From NCBI RefSeq assembly GCF_964204645.1, contig NC_134028.1, forward strand, positions 4,960,001 to 5,024,000: a DNA stretch of 64,000 nt, in the 5' to 3' direction. Made by a program: the position numbers and the translations under genes. The stretch is from Tubulanus polymorphus (lineage: Eukaryota > Animalia > Nemertea). Positions 28,980 to 39,663 of the stretch are shown here, piece by piece (position 1 is the stretch's first letter; every line of letters begins with the position of its first letter). The notes below the pieces were generated by a model. It did not search any database. It was not told where the DNA came from and worked only from the letters and a program-made list of their open reading frames with translations.

Positions 28980-29196
28980 ATATACTGGATACTGCATCAA
29001 CTGAATTTACTGGATACCGCATCGGTTAAATTTACTGGATACTATATCGGTTACATTCACTGGATATCGCGTCGGTTAATTAAACTGGATACTGTGCTGG
29101 TTAAATTTGTTGGATACTAAATCATTTATATCATACTGGATACCGTATCAGCTAGATTTCCTGGATACTGCATCGGTTGAATTTACTGGATACTGC
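28958..29196 (+). repeat. 25-bp minisatellite (TACTGGATACYGCRTYGGTTAAATT) x~9.5 overlapping the KIF19 stop
   Basis: Units share CTGGATA at about 25-bp spacing; the first unit encodes TGYRVG*. Confidence 0.9.
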
Positions 29197-31955
29197 TATT
29201 GACATATACATGCTGCAGATTATCGATATGTTATAGAACAGGTAATAGAGTGTCTGTATTGAAGAGTCTCTAAAACTGCGTGGGAAATAGAGACCTGGTG
29301 TTTGGAGGACATGAATTCATTTATTTACCCGTTAATAGACTGTGTCTGCTCTTCTCAATGTAGACAGACTACCGAGTCGTCGTGCGCGAAAAAAATCATG
29401 CTGACGCTCGCACAACATCGGAGGATGAGTTTTAATGAGAAACCCCCTCCCGCTCCGATAGACAGACTGACAGACAGTTGATAAACATGTTTTGAAAGCA
29501 AATTCATTCATTCATTCTTTCATTCATTCGTTCATTCATGATAAAATGACATGATAGTTCAATATCATTCAGCACTGTTTTCCTTTGATCGATTGAATCT
29601 AATTTCCAGCTCTGAGCGATTGAGGGTAATTTTTCTGAATCAGTCACGTTCAGGTAAAGTTTGAATTAATGACAGTCCACGGTTGCATAAACTAAAGTTT
29701 TAACGCAAGTTTCTAACGTCCATGGTCAATTGAACGTTGCCGTGCTTGATGTATGCTCTGCTGTAACTGCCCTAGTGATAAAACCGCGGTCTAGTTACGT
29801 TTAATGACGCGTAAATAACGTCTTCTACTGAGTTTCTAGAAAAGAAAAATTACCACAATTTGTGATGATTTGTCGACAACTAAAATGATGAACGATGATT
29901 GATGAATGTTTGAAGGAAATAGCTGTTTATTATCAGTCACTAAGACGCAGCCTCTATAGACGTTTCATTAATCAATAAACTGTTATTTCGTTAAAACCAT
30001 TTGAATTCCGTCCATTTTGAAATAACCTCGTCACCACGACAACGCTGTTGACATATTTTATACGCATACTTTATTAGTGTTAATTACTGCTGTAACATGA
30101 AGGGTTTTTCTGTAGTTGTCGAGAATGGTGGAATATGGATTATTAGTAAACCGAAGTGGATGCTGTTGACATGGTGTGAAAGTGTTTTATTCTTAGTCAT
30201 CTGTCCATTAATCAATAAGACAATGGCTGCCTCCATAAACCCCCCAATTACATCAAATTTATTACACCATTTACTTTTGTCATTTGCTTAAGCTATTGAT
30301 GATTTCATTGGGAGACTGAATCAGAGGCAGCCATTTGCGATCACAAAGTCAGAGTATAGAATCAATTTAATTTCATGTCTTAAAAGGTTTAATTATCCTA
30401 AAGATTTTTGATTGATTTACACTTAATATTTTTAAACTGCTAAAATATTTCATCCAAGGCTGAGTTTCATAGATGTGCGGGCAAAATAAACATTTGAAAC
30501 ATTTGATATCTATCAGTTATTACCTTGGTGGTTGATACCCTGTCTATGAAACCGGGCCCAGATTGAGGATTTACCCCAAAGGGTAACTTTGATACCCGCT
30601 CTGTGTAACTGGGCCCTAGTCTCCTGATATTCATTGCTTCGGCTGGGTATAATAAGGTTTCGTATTTATGATATTTTGTCTTCATCCATCCGGTGAAATA
30701 TTGCCATCATCCATCACTATAAGAACAGTCTGTAAGTTGACAGGGGTTTGTGATAGTGTTTTATGTTAAGTCCACGCTGTGCTGCTCTATGTAACGATGT
30801 AATTGAGTTCGTGCTGTTCTGACCGGCTTGACTATTAAACCGTGATGAGTAACCAACAAATAGCAATATCCTCGACAAGAGAGAATACAGATTCTAAATT
30901 CAGCAGATAACCACACTGAGTTTATGTCAGTAATTTCCTCCGATATCTCCTCGTCAAATAGATGGTTAATTATCCCTTATAAAGTAAAGGGTTTTGTCGT
31001 CCAGAAACTGGATTAAAATGGGAAGCGTTCTTTTGGAATTCAATGAGAAATACTGCGAATAATTGAGATGAATCTTGATGAATATCATTAAAGAGAAACC
31101 CACGATATCAATTTATACAACTGGTATTTGAAATATTGTTGCTTAGAAATATCGTCGCTCTCAGGAATATGATTTGTAAATCGCGTTGTTTGTTGTTTGT
31201 TGAAAACTGATCTTCATTGAATTCGTAGGGGTATAAATTAGATTAGTGGTCAGTAGCAGTAATGGATCCCTGCTCGTTGAGACGAGTGTGATCTATTTAC
31301 CATCCCCTGAGAGAGCGCATCATTATATCAGCTACAAGGACATTTTTATAGCTGAGAATTGTATAAATCAAATATGTTATGTATGCATGAGATGTCGGCA
31401 AAGTTTTTCGAATCTCCTCAAGGACCGGAAATCTTTGACACATATCTTTATTGCGCCGATACGTTTTTATATACGCTGCACACGGTGAAAAAAGTGCAGT
31501 TTGCAAAAACGTGACAATACGCGACCTGATATCAGAGATACAATGTTTCAAGGAATAAAGATAACATCAGATATAGATACTGTGTGCACAGGTATTCAAG
31601 GATCGATCGTGCCTCGGGGGCTGTTTACGTTTGATTATGTTGTATTTGCAAGGATAAGAAGGGTAACTCGGCGATCAACTTTCGATCTCTTCTTCGATCG
31701 CTGTTGTTCTTCTTTTTCCACCAATGTTGAACTAACACCAGTCAGGAAAATACTTCATCTTTAGTTTTATGCAGGTTTTCGAGTTTAAATAGCTCCTCGT
31801 CAATTGCGGCCACTCAATTGTAGTGTATTTTGCAATTTGCTCCCAATTTGTGCTCGTTTTGTCCTCTGATCAAGCGCTTTATTAGAACAATTCAGGAACC
31901 ATTCAAACTCTGCCGTTCACTAACTAGCCGCATTTCTGCCATAAGGCACTGTTGC

Positions 31956-31969
31956 GTTGTCATGGTAAC
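31956..31969. promoter_or_regulatory. RFX X-box downstream of KIF19
   Basis: GTTGTCATGGTAAC; a second match GTCACCACGACAAC at 30030-30043. Confidence 0.5.
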
Positions 31970-33235
31970 TGGACTCTTATCCGTTTTACTATATTAGGCA
32001 AAAAGCAGCGCGCGATTCCGCCGTCAGATTCCACATAATCTGAAAATAATCCTCGTCTAAAATCATAACGTCTGCTCGAACGAAATCTTCATACGCAGCT
32101 TAATTTGCTTCTAATTCATGCAATATGCATCTCATTTGCATATGATTAACATATTGATTTAGTTTAGTTATAAGTTAATGATTTTGTTGGTCAAATTATT
32201 AAGTTTATTCTAATTGGAAAACGTCTGATCAGCTGAGGTTTATTTGTGTCAGGCTAGTCATTGCCAAAATGATTTTTTCATTACATTCCGAAGAAAAATT
32301 TCTATTTACGAAAGCTTTTCAAGATTCAAAGGTTTTTTTTCAAAGACGGTATACATTGTATAATGTATGTCTGTGGTTGTTAGTGCCTAAGTCGATGCAT
32401 TCATGTATATATATGATATGATATCTTACTGTTGCTGGTCCGTCCACAAATGGAATCATTTTTTAATTCCAATCATTTTATGAATACTTTTAAACCAAAA
32501 ATCGAAAGTTTGAACTATGGCTGTTGATAAAATGATATTTACCGGTAATTTATTTTCAAATCAAAAATAGGGAAATAACTGCAATGTTGTATGAGCTTTA
32601 ATGTCGATAGATAGAAAAATGTACAAAATGTTTTCTGTAAAGTATTTCATAGTCTATTGTATTGATATTGTTGTTGTTATTGAAAGTGTTTTAAGATATT
32701 GTTATTGCTATTGTTTTCATGGATATAATGAGATGTTTTTGCTGATAATGTGCGTTGTAAATAATCAAAATATTCAAACTGCTTTTCTGAGTTTTTGTAT
32801 TTGTATAGAAACGTTTTACGAATAAAGATTATAAAAAATTGTGCGGTTTTATTGAACGAAAAATATGTAGAATAAAGAAAACAGTTTCTTTTTTATTAAT
32901 TTTCTCCAGTTGTTTTGGAGTCAAACTGAGGATCTGGACCAAAAGCAGCCCTAAAATATGGACTTATTTCATGTAGAGGGTTGTCACATTTGATAAAGTA
33001 CGGGATCCACTCTTAATGACTACTATCCCGATGAACTTATTTCACGAGGTGAGAGGGTGCAAGGATGACTGAACAGATTTTGAATCACCTCTGCAGGATT
33101 CGAACCTAATGCCATCAAAATGCAGGCACGAAAGATGATCACGGTAGGTAAAACACAATATCCGTGTTGACGCGATGAGGAGAGAATCCCACAATGATAA
33201 TAAAAAGTCCGAAAATGAAACTTCGAGATAGTAGT

Positions 33236-33281
33236 TTATTCAACGTTTCGACTATATCCTAATAGTCATCTTCAGGAATAA
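33236..33281 (-). ncRNA. Minimal type I hammerhead ribozyme in the 3' pLTR (element sense strand)
   Basis: Minus strand TTATTC-CTGAAGA-T-GACTAT(TAGGAT)ATAGTC-GAAACGTT-GAATAA: stem I 6 bp, CUGANGA core, stem II 6 bp, GAAA, palindromic ACGT vestigial stem III. Confidence 0.85.
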
Positions 33282-33590
33282 TGAGATACTACAGAAATTA
33301 TGAGATATATATACAATCCAGGGACAAAGAGACTTATTCAAGTAATCAGAGATGATACAAACTAAAGGAAAATTAACGTAGAAACAGTTACACGCTAAAA
33401 TAGATTAAAGGGAAGCAAACTAAGGGGTGATTATAAACAACAATAGTGAGTATAAATATAAATGAAACTTAAAGTCAGTAGTAAAAAGAAAGACAAACTA
33501 GGGGGCACTTAAATTAAAACAAAGGTGAATACAAGTTAAGTCAGAGACGAAGTTGATGAGAGAACAAATAACAAATAATCAAAGGGGAAA

Positions 33591-35741
33591 TCAAGTGTTG
33601 AGTTTAACCAGTTTACAGAGGAATTTTGATATAAGTTTATTATGGGGTGAAAAACCATTGTTAAGGTTTACAACGTTGTTCGAATTTTCAATAATTAATG
33701 CAGATTCCAAAATATGTCTTCTAGTTTTATCGCTGCAAGGGTAAACTAATTCAGCATTAGCAAAATCAAAATTGTGTGAAGTCTGAAAAACATGACTAGC
33801 AACTCCGCTTTCAGGTTTAAAGTTTTTTACATCTAATTTATGCTCTTTTATGCGTTGATTAAGATTCCGACCTGTTTCTCCTATATATACTTTGTCGCAA
33901 ACTTTACAAGGTATTTTATAAATTCCACAGTTTAGGGATTCGGTTTTCGGTTTGTTGTTAATCAATATGTTACTAAGTTTATTATTGTATTTAAAGATGA
34001 GTTGTTTATTTAGTGACCGAAGAGAAACTTTAGAATTCTCGAGGAAAGGTACATACGGTACAATGATAGGCTGTTTATCGGTAGCCAACGTAGGAGTTCT
34101 AAGGTTGTTATTTCTAAAATGCGTAGTACGAGCTTTAAGTAGAGCTTTTTTCAATAGGAAATCGGGGTAGGCAAGTTTTTTGAGAGATTGGTTAATATGG
34201 TGAATTTCATCGGGTAGAAATGAGGGGTCGCAAATTCTCAAAGCGCGAAGAAATAATCCTTGAGCTAAACCGAGTTTAATATCCGGAGAAGTAAAAGAGA
34301 AGTAATGGAGGTAGGATTCAGCGTTGGTAGGTTTCCTATAAACCGCGAATTTCAAAAAGGAACCACAGTTAAAAATCAAAACATCCAGAAAAGGTATTTT
34401 ACTATTAGATTCCCATTCATACGTAAAAGCCAGAGACGGGTAAAGGGAGTTTAAATATATAAGAAAGTTATCAACATTGAAGTCAAAGGGAACCAAAGCC
34501 TGAACATCGTCAACATATCTGAGCCAGATTTTAGGGTGAATATCAGTGTAAAGAGGCAATATTTCAGACTCAACATGTTCTAGGAATAAATTAGCTACAA
34601 TAGGACTTAGAGGATTTCCCATAGCGATACCGAATGTCTGCTCGTAAAAACAATTGTTGAATTCAAAAAAGGAGTCCGTCGTACAAATAGAGATAAGGTC
34701 GATGATACAATCCGTAGGAATGTCGAAGTTAATGTTAAGTGTTGGTAATCTGCGTTTTAAGAAATCAAGAGTAGGTCCAAGAGGAACATTGGTAAAAAGG
34801 GAAGTAACATCAAATGATATAAATTTGTCGTTGCCAGGGATAATATTCTTAATACGTTCAAGTAAGTGTTGATTATGGCGAAGGTGCGACGGAGAGAACG
34901 AACCGAGCACCGGAGATAACTGTTTCGCGAGAAATTTAGATAACCGGTATGTAGGAGAATTACAATTGGAGACTATAGGGCGCAGTGGAACATTATCTTT
35001 ATGAATTTTAGGCAATCCATAGATATATGGTAAAGAGGGAAGACGTGAATGGAACTTATTCAGAGTTTCTTTAGCGGAGGGGAAACGTTTAATAATATCC
35101 GAAAGACTTCTGTTGAAATTAGCTTGCATACGAGGAAGAGGATTCGATTTAAGTTTCTTATAAACACCAGGATTATCCAAGAGAGATTGCATTTTAACAT
35201 TATAATTATCCAGATCTAAAATCACAATCTTGCCACCTTTATCAGCCTTAGCTATTTTAATAGTCTTTAACTTCCGTAGTTCTTGGAGGGCGAGCCGAAA
35301 TCGACGAGGTAGATATTCAAAAAGGTTCCTGTTGAGTTGATCGCATATAGCCTGTAGATTCATGAATATAAAATTATAGTCCAAACTGTTCGGAGATGAT
35401 TTGCGATATTCCAATTGGGTGACAAAGTCTAAAACATGTTTATCTTGATGAGGAAGAGAAAAATTCAAACCGTAGCCGAGAAGTTGACACTGAGTAGAAG
35501 ATAACGTGGTTGAAGACAAATTTACTATGTTTTCGGTGTTGCTAAATCTAGTCCAAGGGCTGGAATCAATGAGTTTATTCAGTTGGTTGGTAAGATCCAC
35601 GGACTTTCTGTGCTGATGATATTTTCCAGAGCCTTGAACAATAGTGGAGAGCGATTTCCAGAGGAATAGGTCCGGTACGTGTGACTTCAAATAATTTTGA
35701 GATTGACGGAATTTATAGAACTGATAGTTACAGTCTCCCAT
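33591..35741 (-). CDS. PLE reverse transcriptase + GIY-YIG endonuclease (716 aa, N-terminally truncated)
   Basis: KADKGG, YGLPKIHK..PLRPIVS, SFDVTSLFTNVP, GIAMGNPLSP, WLRYVDD, IPFLDV, VYRKPT; GIYKIPCKVCDKVYIGETGR..R..EH..H with CCHH. No stops or frameshifts. Confidence 0.96.
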   Translation of the reverse strand: MGDCNYQFYKFRQSQNYLKSHVPDLFLWKSLSTIVQGSGKYHQHRKSVDLTNQLNKLIDSSPWTRFSNTENIVNLSSTTLSSTQCQLLGYGLNFSLPHQDKHVLDFVTQLEYRKSSPNSLDYNFIFMNLQAICDQLNRNLFEYLPRRFRLALQELRKLKTIKIAKADKGGKIVILDLDNYNVKMQSLLDNPGVYKKLKSNPLPRMQANFNRSLSDIIKRFPSAKETLNKFHSRLPSLPYIYGLPKIHKDNVPLRPIVSNCNSPTYRLSKFLAKQLSPVLGSFSPSHLRHNQHLLERIKNIIPGNDKFISFDVTSLFTNVPLGPTLDFLKRRLPTLNINFDIPTDCIIDLISICTTDSFFEFNNCFYEQTFGIAMGNPLSPIVANLFLEHVESEILPLYTDIHPKIWLRYVDDVQALVPFDFNVDNFLIYLNSLYPSLAFTYEWESNSKIPFLDVLIFNCGSFLKFAVYRKPTNAESYLHYFSFTSPDIKLGLAQGLFLRALRICDPSFLPDEIHHINQSLKKLAYPDFLLKKALLKARTTHFRNNNLRTPTLATDKQPIIVPYVPFLENSKVSLRSLNKQLIFKYNNKLSNILINNKPKTESLNCGIYKIPCKVCDKVYIGETGRNLNQRIKEHKLDVKNFKPESGVASHVFQTSHNFDFANAELVYPCSDKTRRHILESALIIENSNNVVNLNNGFSPHNKLISKFLCKLVKLNT

Positions 35742-36101
35742 AATAAACTTATATCAAAATTCCTCTGTAAACTGGTTAAACTCAACACTTGATTTCCCCT
35801 TTGATTATTTGTTATTTGTTCTCTCATCAACTTCGTCTCTGACTTAACTTGTATTCACCTTTGTTTTAATTTAAGTGCCCCCTAGTTTGTCTTTCTTTTT
35901 ACTACTGACTTTAAGTTTCATTTATATTTATACTCACTATTGTTGTTTATAATTACCCTTTGGTTTGCTTCCCTTTAATCTATTTTAGCGTGTAACTGTT
36001 TCTACGTTAATTTTCCTTTAGTTTGTATCATCTCTGATTACTTGAATAAGTCTCTTTGTCCCTGGATTGTATATATATCTCATAATTTCTGTAGTATCTC
36101 A

Positions 36102-36147
36102 TTATTCCTGAAGATGACTATTAGGATATAGTCGAAACGTTGAATAA
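36102..36147 (+). ncRNA. Minimal type I hammerhead ribozyme in the inverted pLTR
   Basis: Identical motif TTATTCCTGAAGATGACTATTAGGATATAGTCGAAACGTTGAATAA on the + strand. Confidence 0.85.
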
Positions 36148-37156
36148 ACTACTATCTCGAAGTTTCATTTTCGGACTTTTTATTATCATTGTGGGATTCT
36201 CTCCTCACGAAAGATGATTGTGAGTGATATTAAGACGGAACCACCCACGGTTGCGGCCACGCGATGCAAATCAGATTCAAACCCTTGCCCGAAGAAAGAC
36301 GCTCGTAATTCAACCTACAAAATACTTTTTATACAACGTATTTTAAGATTCTAAAATTCATAATTTTACAAATTTTATTTCGATATATTGATATAATATG
36401 TATAATATATTTTCTTTAATCGTCACCGCGCGCACAGTTGGTTTTAATTTCCACGGATCACGAGACGCTTTTCAAACTGATTGTGTACTATTAACGGGTT
36501 CATCCTCCGGAAACACCACCATCAACTTCACACAACGCGCGAGCGTCATATATAATTAAGGAATAATGAATAATACTTTGCGAAAACTTCGTTTTCGTTT
36601 GAAGAAACTAATTGTGGATGAAAATCACTGGCCACTACACCGGTACAAATTATTTAAACATAGTTTTTATTGTATTACAAGTTCGCCTCCCAATAAAGAT
36701 GTTTTTAGATATCCATCATTCTAGGCATCCGAACGTTGGTGACCAACCTGGAAATCAGAAACACATTTTAACACGCTGTAGGGACACGCACGCTGAGATC
36801 TGCAACTACGAAAAGGAAAACTTCACCAGAAGATATCCTTCACGCAAACATTCAGAATTTAAACTTCAGAAAACAGAGCGAAGGCAAAATGATAATCATG
36901 GTTACTGTTACGATTAAATGGATCTAAATTACAAAATTTAACTCTTTTATCATACAATCTAGCGTGATTCAGTATAATCAAATATCTAATAAATCTATTT
37001 AGACATTTCGCTTCTCTGATTACAATAACCTTGGACGCTTGAGTAGACAAATATTGGCGCTAATGAAGCTGTGTGCTTGAACTGTTTATCCAATTCCCGC
37101 GATGCTGTTTTAACTCGCGACAGCGCGACACTTTATAAGTGATACTCACCGAACTG

Positions 37157-38099
37157 TTATTTACAACACGCCTTGTCGCTGCAACCACAATTCGGACCGC
37201 AGTTACATTTATCACGACTACTGCAACCGTCTGGACAATTCTTTTGCGATTCGCAGCAACAACATTTACAATCGCCTTCGCATCGACAATCTTTAGTCGT
37301 GCATCCGGCTTTCTGACAACATTCCGTCTTACAGTCGCACTTATCCTGGCAACCACAGGCACCTGAATCAATATAAGACTAGTGATGGAGGAAGCAGATT
37401 TATGACTGAAAAAGGGCTCGATATACGAGATATACGTTTCTTTTTAAGAAACTTGTGTAACACAGTCTACCCCAATATGCCATCCCCTGACAACCACCTT
37501 CCCGCCCAACGCCAGGATTTTATCAGAGAATGAAACACCGGCACCGCTACTTTGGAACTAGTCCCGGGTTTATCGGGGGTGGGGGTAAATAACCCTGGTT
37601 TATCGAGGGGGAGGAGCTGACAAGTTCAACAAGCCTTTTAGCAATTTTCAAAATACATGATGAAACACAACAGAAAGAAGCAACGCAGTTTGGTATTCGT
37701 GTTATGAGTTCGTGAGAAACACAACAGCTTGCCGCCTAATGAAAAAAAAGCCAGCAGCAGAATATTATTGGAAATTCGATTATCGATATTACGAGAGAAT
37801 ATACGACCAATTTCATTGACACGAATTTTCTTCATTTCCTCTCAACGCGAAGAGTTGAGGCCGCAAATTAAACGTGAATAGATTCATAGGAAAATGTCGA
37901 TATCAAATACAACGTACTTCATGCATACATATTGAATTATTCATTTAACGGTATACCTTTTCATGACAATTCTTAACGTTTTTGGAGAGTTGAAATTATT
38001 GAATTCTAATCACGGCATATAAGCAATAACATAACACGGTCTGCGTTATGTGTTGAAGCTGAAATCATCTTACTTACCGGTTTGTCCTTGCGAAGACAT
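37157..38099 (-). CDS. Metallothionein, 75 aa with 22 Cys, 2 coding exons
   Basis: Exons 38078-38099 and 37157-37362 give MSSQGQTGACGCQDKCDCKTECCQKAGCTTKDCRCEGDCKCCCCESQKNCPDGCSSRDKCNCGPNCGCSDKACCK*; CxC/CC motifs, no aromatic residues, MREs upstream. Confidence 0.92.
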
Positions 38100-38199
38100 T
38101 CTGTTTAATTACTTCTTTTAATTAATCCAAGTTACTGCTGTAGAACCGACGCCGAAAACTGAATCAGACGAAATGATATAATTCCGACAGTAACTGCGC

Positions 38200-38289
38200 T
38201 TATAAATACTGAACACTGTTTTCAGTACTGAGTGTAACAGCGAGGCGACTCGTGCGCATATCCGCGAACGCGCGGTGGCACCGAGCGCA
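38200..38289 (-). promoter_or_regulatory. Metallothionein promoter: TATA-like box and two metal response elements
   Basis: Minus strand TATTTATAA at 38200-38208; TGCGCAC (38252-38258) and TGCGCTC (38283-38289) match the MTF-1 MRE core TGCRCNC. Confidence 0.75.
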
Positions 38290-39132
38290 CCAACAACACT
38301 CACCGAGTTCAATCCATGCGCCGGCTCTATCTCCTCTTCGACATTAAACAACCAACCGATGATCTTTGTTAGATATTTATTACAGGGAGCATTTCGAATG
38401 ATTCAGACACCAGATTTATCACGTAGACAGCCAAGGTCTGTGTGGATGAGGGTGCATTTCCCGAGAATTCCCATAAATCGAGAGCCCGGGATGATGGCAG
38501 GGGCACGTATGCCCGGAATCGTGTACGCGGTTGGATTCGTTCTTAATTTGATCGGAACTAAATGCAGGCTCCTAAACGGGGGGCATGGCGCCCTCCCCTG
38601 GAAAATCTTAAATTTGACGCATATGGGATCAGAGATACCGAGTCCTAAGTAGTGTTTGTAGGACTCAAAAGTGATGGCACTTTTTATTGAATAATAGCGT
38701 TACATAAAAATATAGAAATATCCTTCAGAATAATTTAAGATGGATTTATTATATAATAGTTTATAAGAACTAGGTGCCACAGTGGTCCGTATTGAATACG
38801 TAATACGAACATTTATATTCCGGCGGTAAATCTGCGCTAGTAGTTTAGTTCACAGAAATTCCGCTATCGTTATTCATAAGGGCGGCACTAAACGGTTGAG
38901 ATCTAACAGAGCCTCGCTATTCTACTGTGGCATGCGAGGAATACTAATACTTTTCTTAGTCAAATTTCATTTATCATTCATCACTCGTTTGTTTTAAATG
39001 AATAAGCATATCAACTTTATAAAGTTTTATTTAAGGGAAACTTCTTATTAACTCCATTTTACAAGCTTAATAGCACTCGGGCGGCGAGTACTATTGTGGG
39101 ATTCGACCTCAATCATTTGAAAGCCAGTCTAT

Positions 39133-39172
39133 GTTGGTTTGGAAACAATACTGGGTGGTCACCAATAGCAAC
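39133..39172. promoter_or_regulatory. DNAI2 proximal promoter X-box-like pair
   Basis: GTTGGTTTGGAAAC (39133-39146) and GTCACCAATAGCAAC (39158-39172), just upstream of a non-coding exon ending at donor 39284/39285. Confidence 0.5.
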
Positions 39173-39663
39173 TTGGAGGACGCCACACTTCCTTCACTTC
39201 CAGCACTTGGCAACTGCAGAAATTAATAAAGTTAGGAGTTTATTTTGAGAAACAGCAGATGAACTGATATTCAGCGGATATCAGGTAAGGCAAAGATTCA
39301 TTCAGAGTCGATTTTACAATGAATAGATTTTGTCCTTTACGACCAACTTCAACTCTAACTTGCCTAAACGACTAAGTAAGTAAAGCCTTCTTTCTTGTCG
39401 CTTAAGTTAACTTTAAATTTTCAACAATTGTCATTTCTTGTCAACAAATTGTCCCCCAACAGCTGCTGTGCAGCAAGCCCTCCAGCTAGTGCCTCTAGTC
39501 TCTGTTATTTGACGTTATTGCTGGTCTGGACATTAACATTAGTTCAGTCCCTAAAGTCAAAGAGAAATCGGACGAGAGAGAAACATTCTCAACACTGTCC
39601 TGGGCTGATTTGTCCCCTCTCAAATAATGATAATGTATGTTTTCAGAAAACATTTAAATAAAG

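Larger units (their letters stand above)
33140..36207 (-). mobile_element. Penelope-like retroelement (Penelope/Poseidon type), 5'-truncated with inverted pLTR
   Basis: RT+GIY-YIG ORF; 471-bp inverted repeat 33176-33646 / 35737-36207; 36-bp 3' tail 33140-33175; target duplication CACGAAAGATGAT at 33127-33139 and 36206-36218. Confidence 0.95.

Noticed and set aside
37060-37371. ORFs 37060-37371 (-) and 37139-37366 (+)
   Set aside because: Shadow frames of the Cys-rich metallothionein exon.
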